Source: a candidate division WS6 bacterium GW2011_GWF2_39_15 (GTDB lineage Bacteria; Patescibacteriota; Dojkabacteria; SC72). From it: a DNA stretch of 64,000 nt. The position numbers and the translations under genes were made by a program. The stretch's first letter is position 1; every line of letters starts with the position of its first letter. Positions 62,809 through 64,000 of the stretch are shown piece by piece. The notes under the pieces are model-generated. The model was given only the letters and a program-made list of their open reading frames with translations, ran no database searches and was not told the DNA's origin. Location: positions 428,208 through 492,207 of the forward strand of contig LBWK01000001.1 in the NCBI GenBank assembly GCA_000993565.1, in the 5' to 3' direction.

Positions 62809-63702
62809 CTATTTTGCAACTCTATCGTTAGTGCTAAAACTTCTGAACGAGAAGTTTATAACAGCATTCTCAGAAGCACTAAAGGTCCCCTCTTTTGTGA
62901 ATGCGACGATTGCATCAGTACACTTCATTAAGGTCTTAAGAGGGTTTTCAGAGGCGGTGATGCTCACTTTCTCTGGCTTGCTTTTAGATACAACAACTGC
63001 AGGAGTTACATCATAACAGCTTGATGATTTAAAGCCTGTTACTTTATATGACCATGTACCATTTCCATTGTATTTATACTCTAATGTACTTCCATTGCTT
63101 GTTAATACATTCTCCTTTGTTCCCTGATACTTGGCACATACAATTTTACATGCAGCAGTATCTGTTACAGGTGTAGTTACCGTAGTTGATGTACAGGTTT
63201 GCCCTTTACTATCTTTGTAAGAGCTTTCATTGATTAGTTTCTGTAAATGAGTCAATGAGGCGGAGAGTGCTGTTTTCAAAGCGTTTTCCGACTTTGTAAG
63301 CTTGACCTTTTTACTGTAATTAACCTTTATAAATGAAGCTATTGTATCTCTAAGGGATGTAAGCTTGGAGACTTCAGGATTTTTAGTAGGGCTATATACA
63401 CACTTCTTCGAGACTGCAACATCGGTTGTCTTTACACATACGTCAGCATTAGCACTTACTACTGTAAACTTTCCGCTGATATTACACGAACATTTTACAG
63501 GTCTGCAAAATGGCTGCATTCCAGTGCCACAACTTAATTTCCCATTATTACTGCATACACTCGGAAGAAAAGCGGCGCTGCTATCTGAAGAACTCAGATA
63601 TGAGCTGCTATTAATGTAATACCAGCCTGCTGCTAATAAACCAACTAAAACAAAAGCCCCTATGAATAGGAGCTTAACTTTATCTCCTCGGACAGTTCTC
63701 AT
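62809..63702 (-). CDS. Cys-rich secreted/membrane-anchored hypothetical protein
   Basis: 297 aa; N-terminal TM LLFIGAFVLVGLLAAGWYY, Ser/Thr/Cys-rich mature part. Confidence 0.4.
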   Translation of the reverse strand: MRTVRGDKVKLLFIGAFVLVGLLAAGWYYINSSSYLSSSDSSAAFLPSVCSNNGKLSCGTGMQPFCRPVKCSCNISGKFTVVSANADVCVKTTDVAVSKKCVYSPTKNPEVSKLTSLRDTIASFIKVNYSKKVKLTKSENALKTALSASLTHLQKLINESSYKDSKGQTCTSTTVTTPVTDTAACKIVCAKYQGTKENVLTSNGSTLEYKYNGNGTWSYKVTGFKSSSCYDVTPAVVVSKSKPEKVSITASENPLKTLMKCTDAIVAFTKEGTFSASENAVINFSFRSFSTNDRVAK

Positions 63703-63773
63703 TATAAAAAGAAAAATAACAAGTTATCTATCTAAGATAGCATTAGCGACAATCTGTTTGCAATAGGGGGTTT

Positions 63774-64000
63774 TCAGTTGGTAACCCGAACTAAATCCAC
63801 ATTAAACAGAAGCTTGCTCCATTGCTGAATAGGTGGCTGCTCCACGGATTCTTTTTCCGGATTTAGTATCTCCTCTACCCTCTCTTTCCCCACTTCCAAA
63901 AACTCATCAGGAATAACAAAGACAAGTTCACTCTTCTTAGCCAGGTTTAACCTGTTTCTCGCCTGTGTTTCTATATAATCATCCGTCTCCACTTCCTCTC
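63774..64000 (-). CDS. septum-formation-initiator (FtsB/DivIC)-like protein, N-terminus off-window
   Basis: C-terminal IETQARNRLNLAKKSELVFVIPDE resembles DivIC/FtsB C-terminal motif; ORF reaches window edge. Confidence 0.3.
   Translation of the reverse strand, partial: EEVETDDYIETQARNRLNLAKKSELVFVIPDEFLEVGKERVEEILNPEKESVEQPPIQQWSKLLFNVDLVRVTN

Overview
This 64-kb window has low GC and tightly packed genes, almost all on the minus strand. It looks like a core chromosomal region of a small-genome bacterium. I infer a CPR/Patescibacteria-like origin from the rRNA intron, the giant glycine-rich surface protein, the competence genes and the compact layout.

Protein-coding genes I recognise, most on the minus strand: MreB, TrpRS, UvrA, ProRS, a PAP2 phosphatase, a UppS-like cis-prenyltransferase, ArgRS, a DegT-type aminotransferase, ComEC (in two ORFs), ComEA, a cyclophilin PPIase, LeuRS, a LysM/M23 peptidase, Rho, RadA, ClpC, ribosomal protein S1, endonuclease III, an ATP-dependent DNA ligase, PolA, FtsH and EF-P. 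Several hypothetical proteins fill the gaps.

RNA genes:
- A complete minus-strand rRNA operon: 16S, tRNA-Ile, tRNA-Ala, 23S and 5S. The 23S carries a group I intron that encodes a LAGLIDADG homing endonuclease.
- Thirteen tRNAs: Trp, four Arg, Pro, three Ala, Ile, Met and initiator fMet. Five of them sit next to the cognate aaRS: tRNA-Trp beside trpS, and a cluster of three tRNA-Arg immediately upstream of argS with tRNA-Pro just downstream of it.

Findings that stand out:
1. Three T-box riboswitch leaders, each with the conserved T-box sequence, an antiterminator with a 7-nt UGGN bulge, and an overlapping terminator. They lie upstream of trpS, proS, and a transcription unit of three tRNA-Arg genes followed by argS.
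2. A convergent, stop-codon-overlapping pair: an ATP-grasp ligase and a DUF1704/MATCAP-like HExxxH peptidase. A divergently transcribed alpha/beta hydrolase sits next to them.
3. A gene of about 8.5 kb for a secreted glycine-rich repeat protein (about 2,800 aa). Two frameshifts inside near-identical 2.3-kb tandem repeats split it into three ORFs.
4. ArgRS carries an N-terminal B3/4 (PheT-like) domain. TrpRS carries a roughly 170-aa N-terminal extension.
5. comEC is split into two overlapping ORFs.

All calls rest on motif recognition by eye. Nothing was searched or folded computationally.
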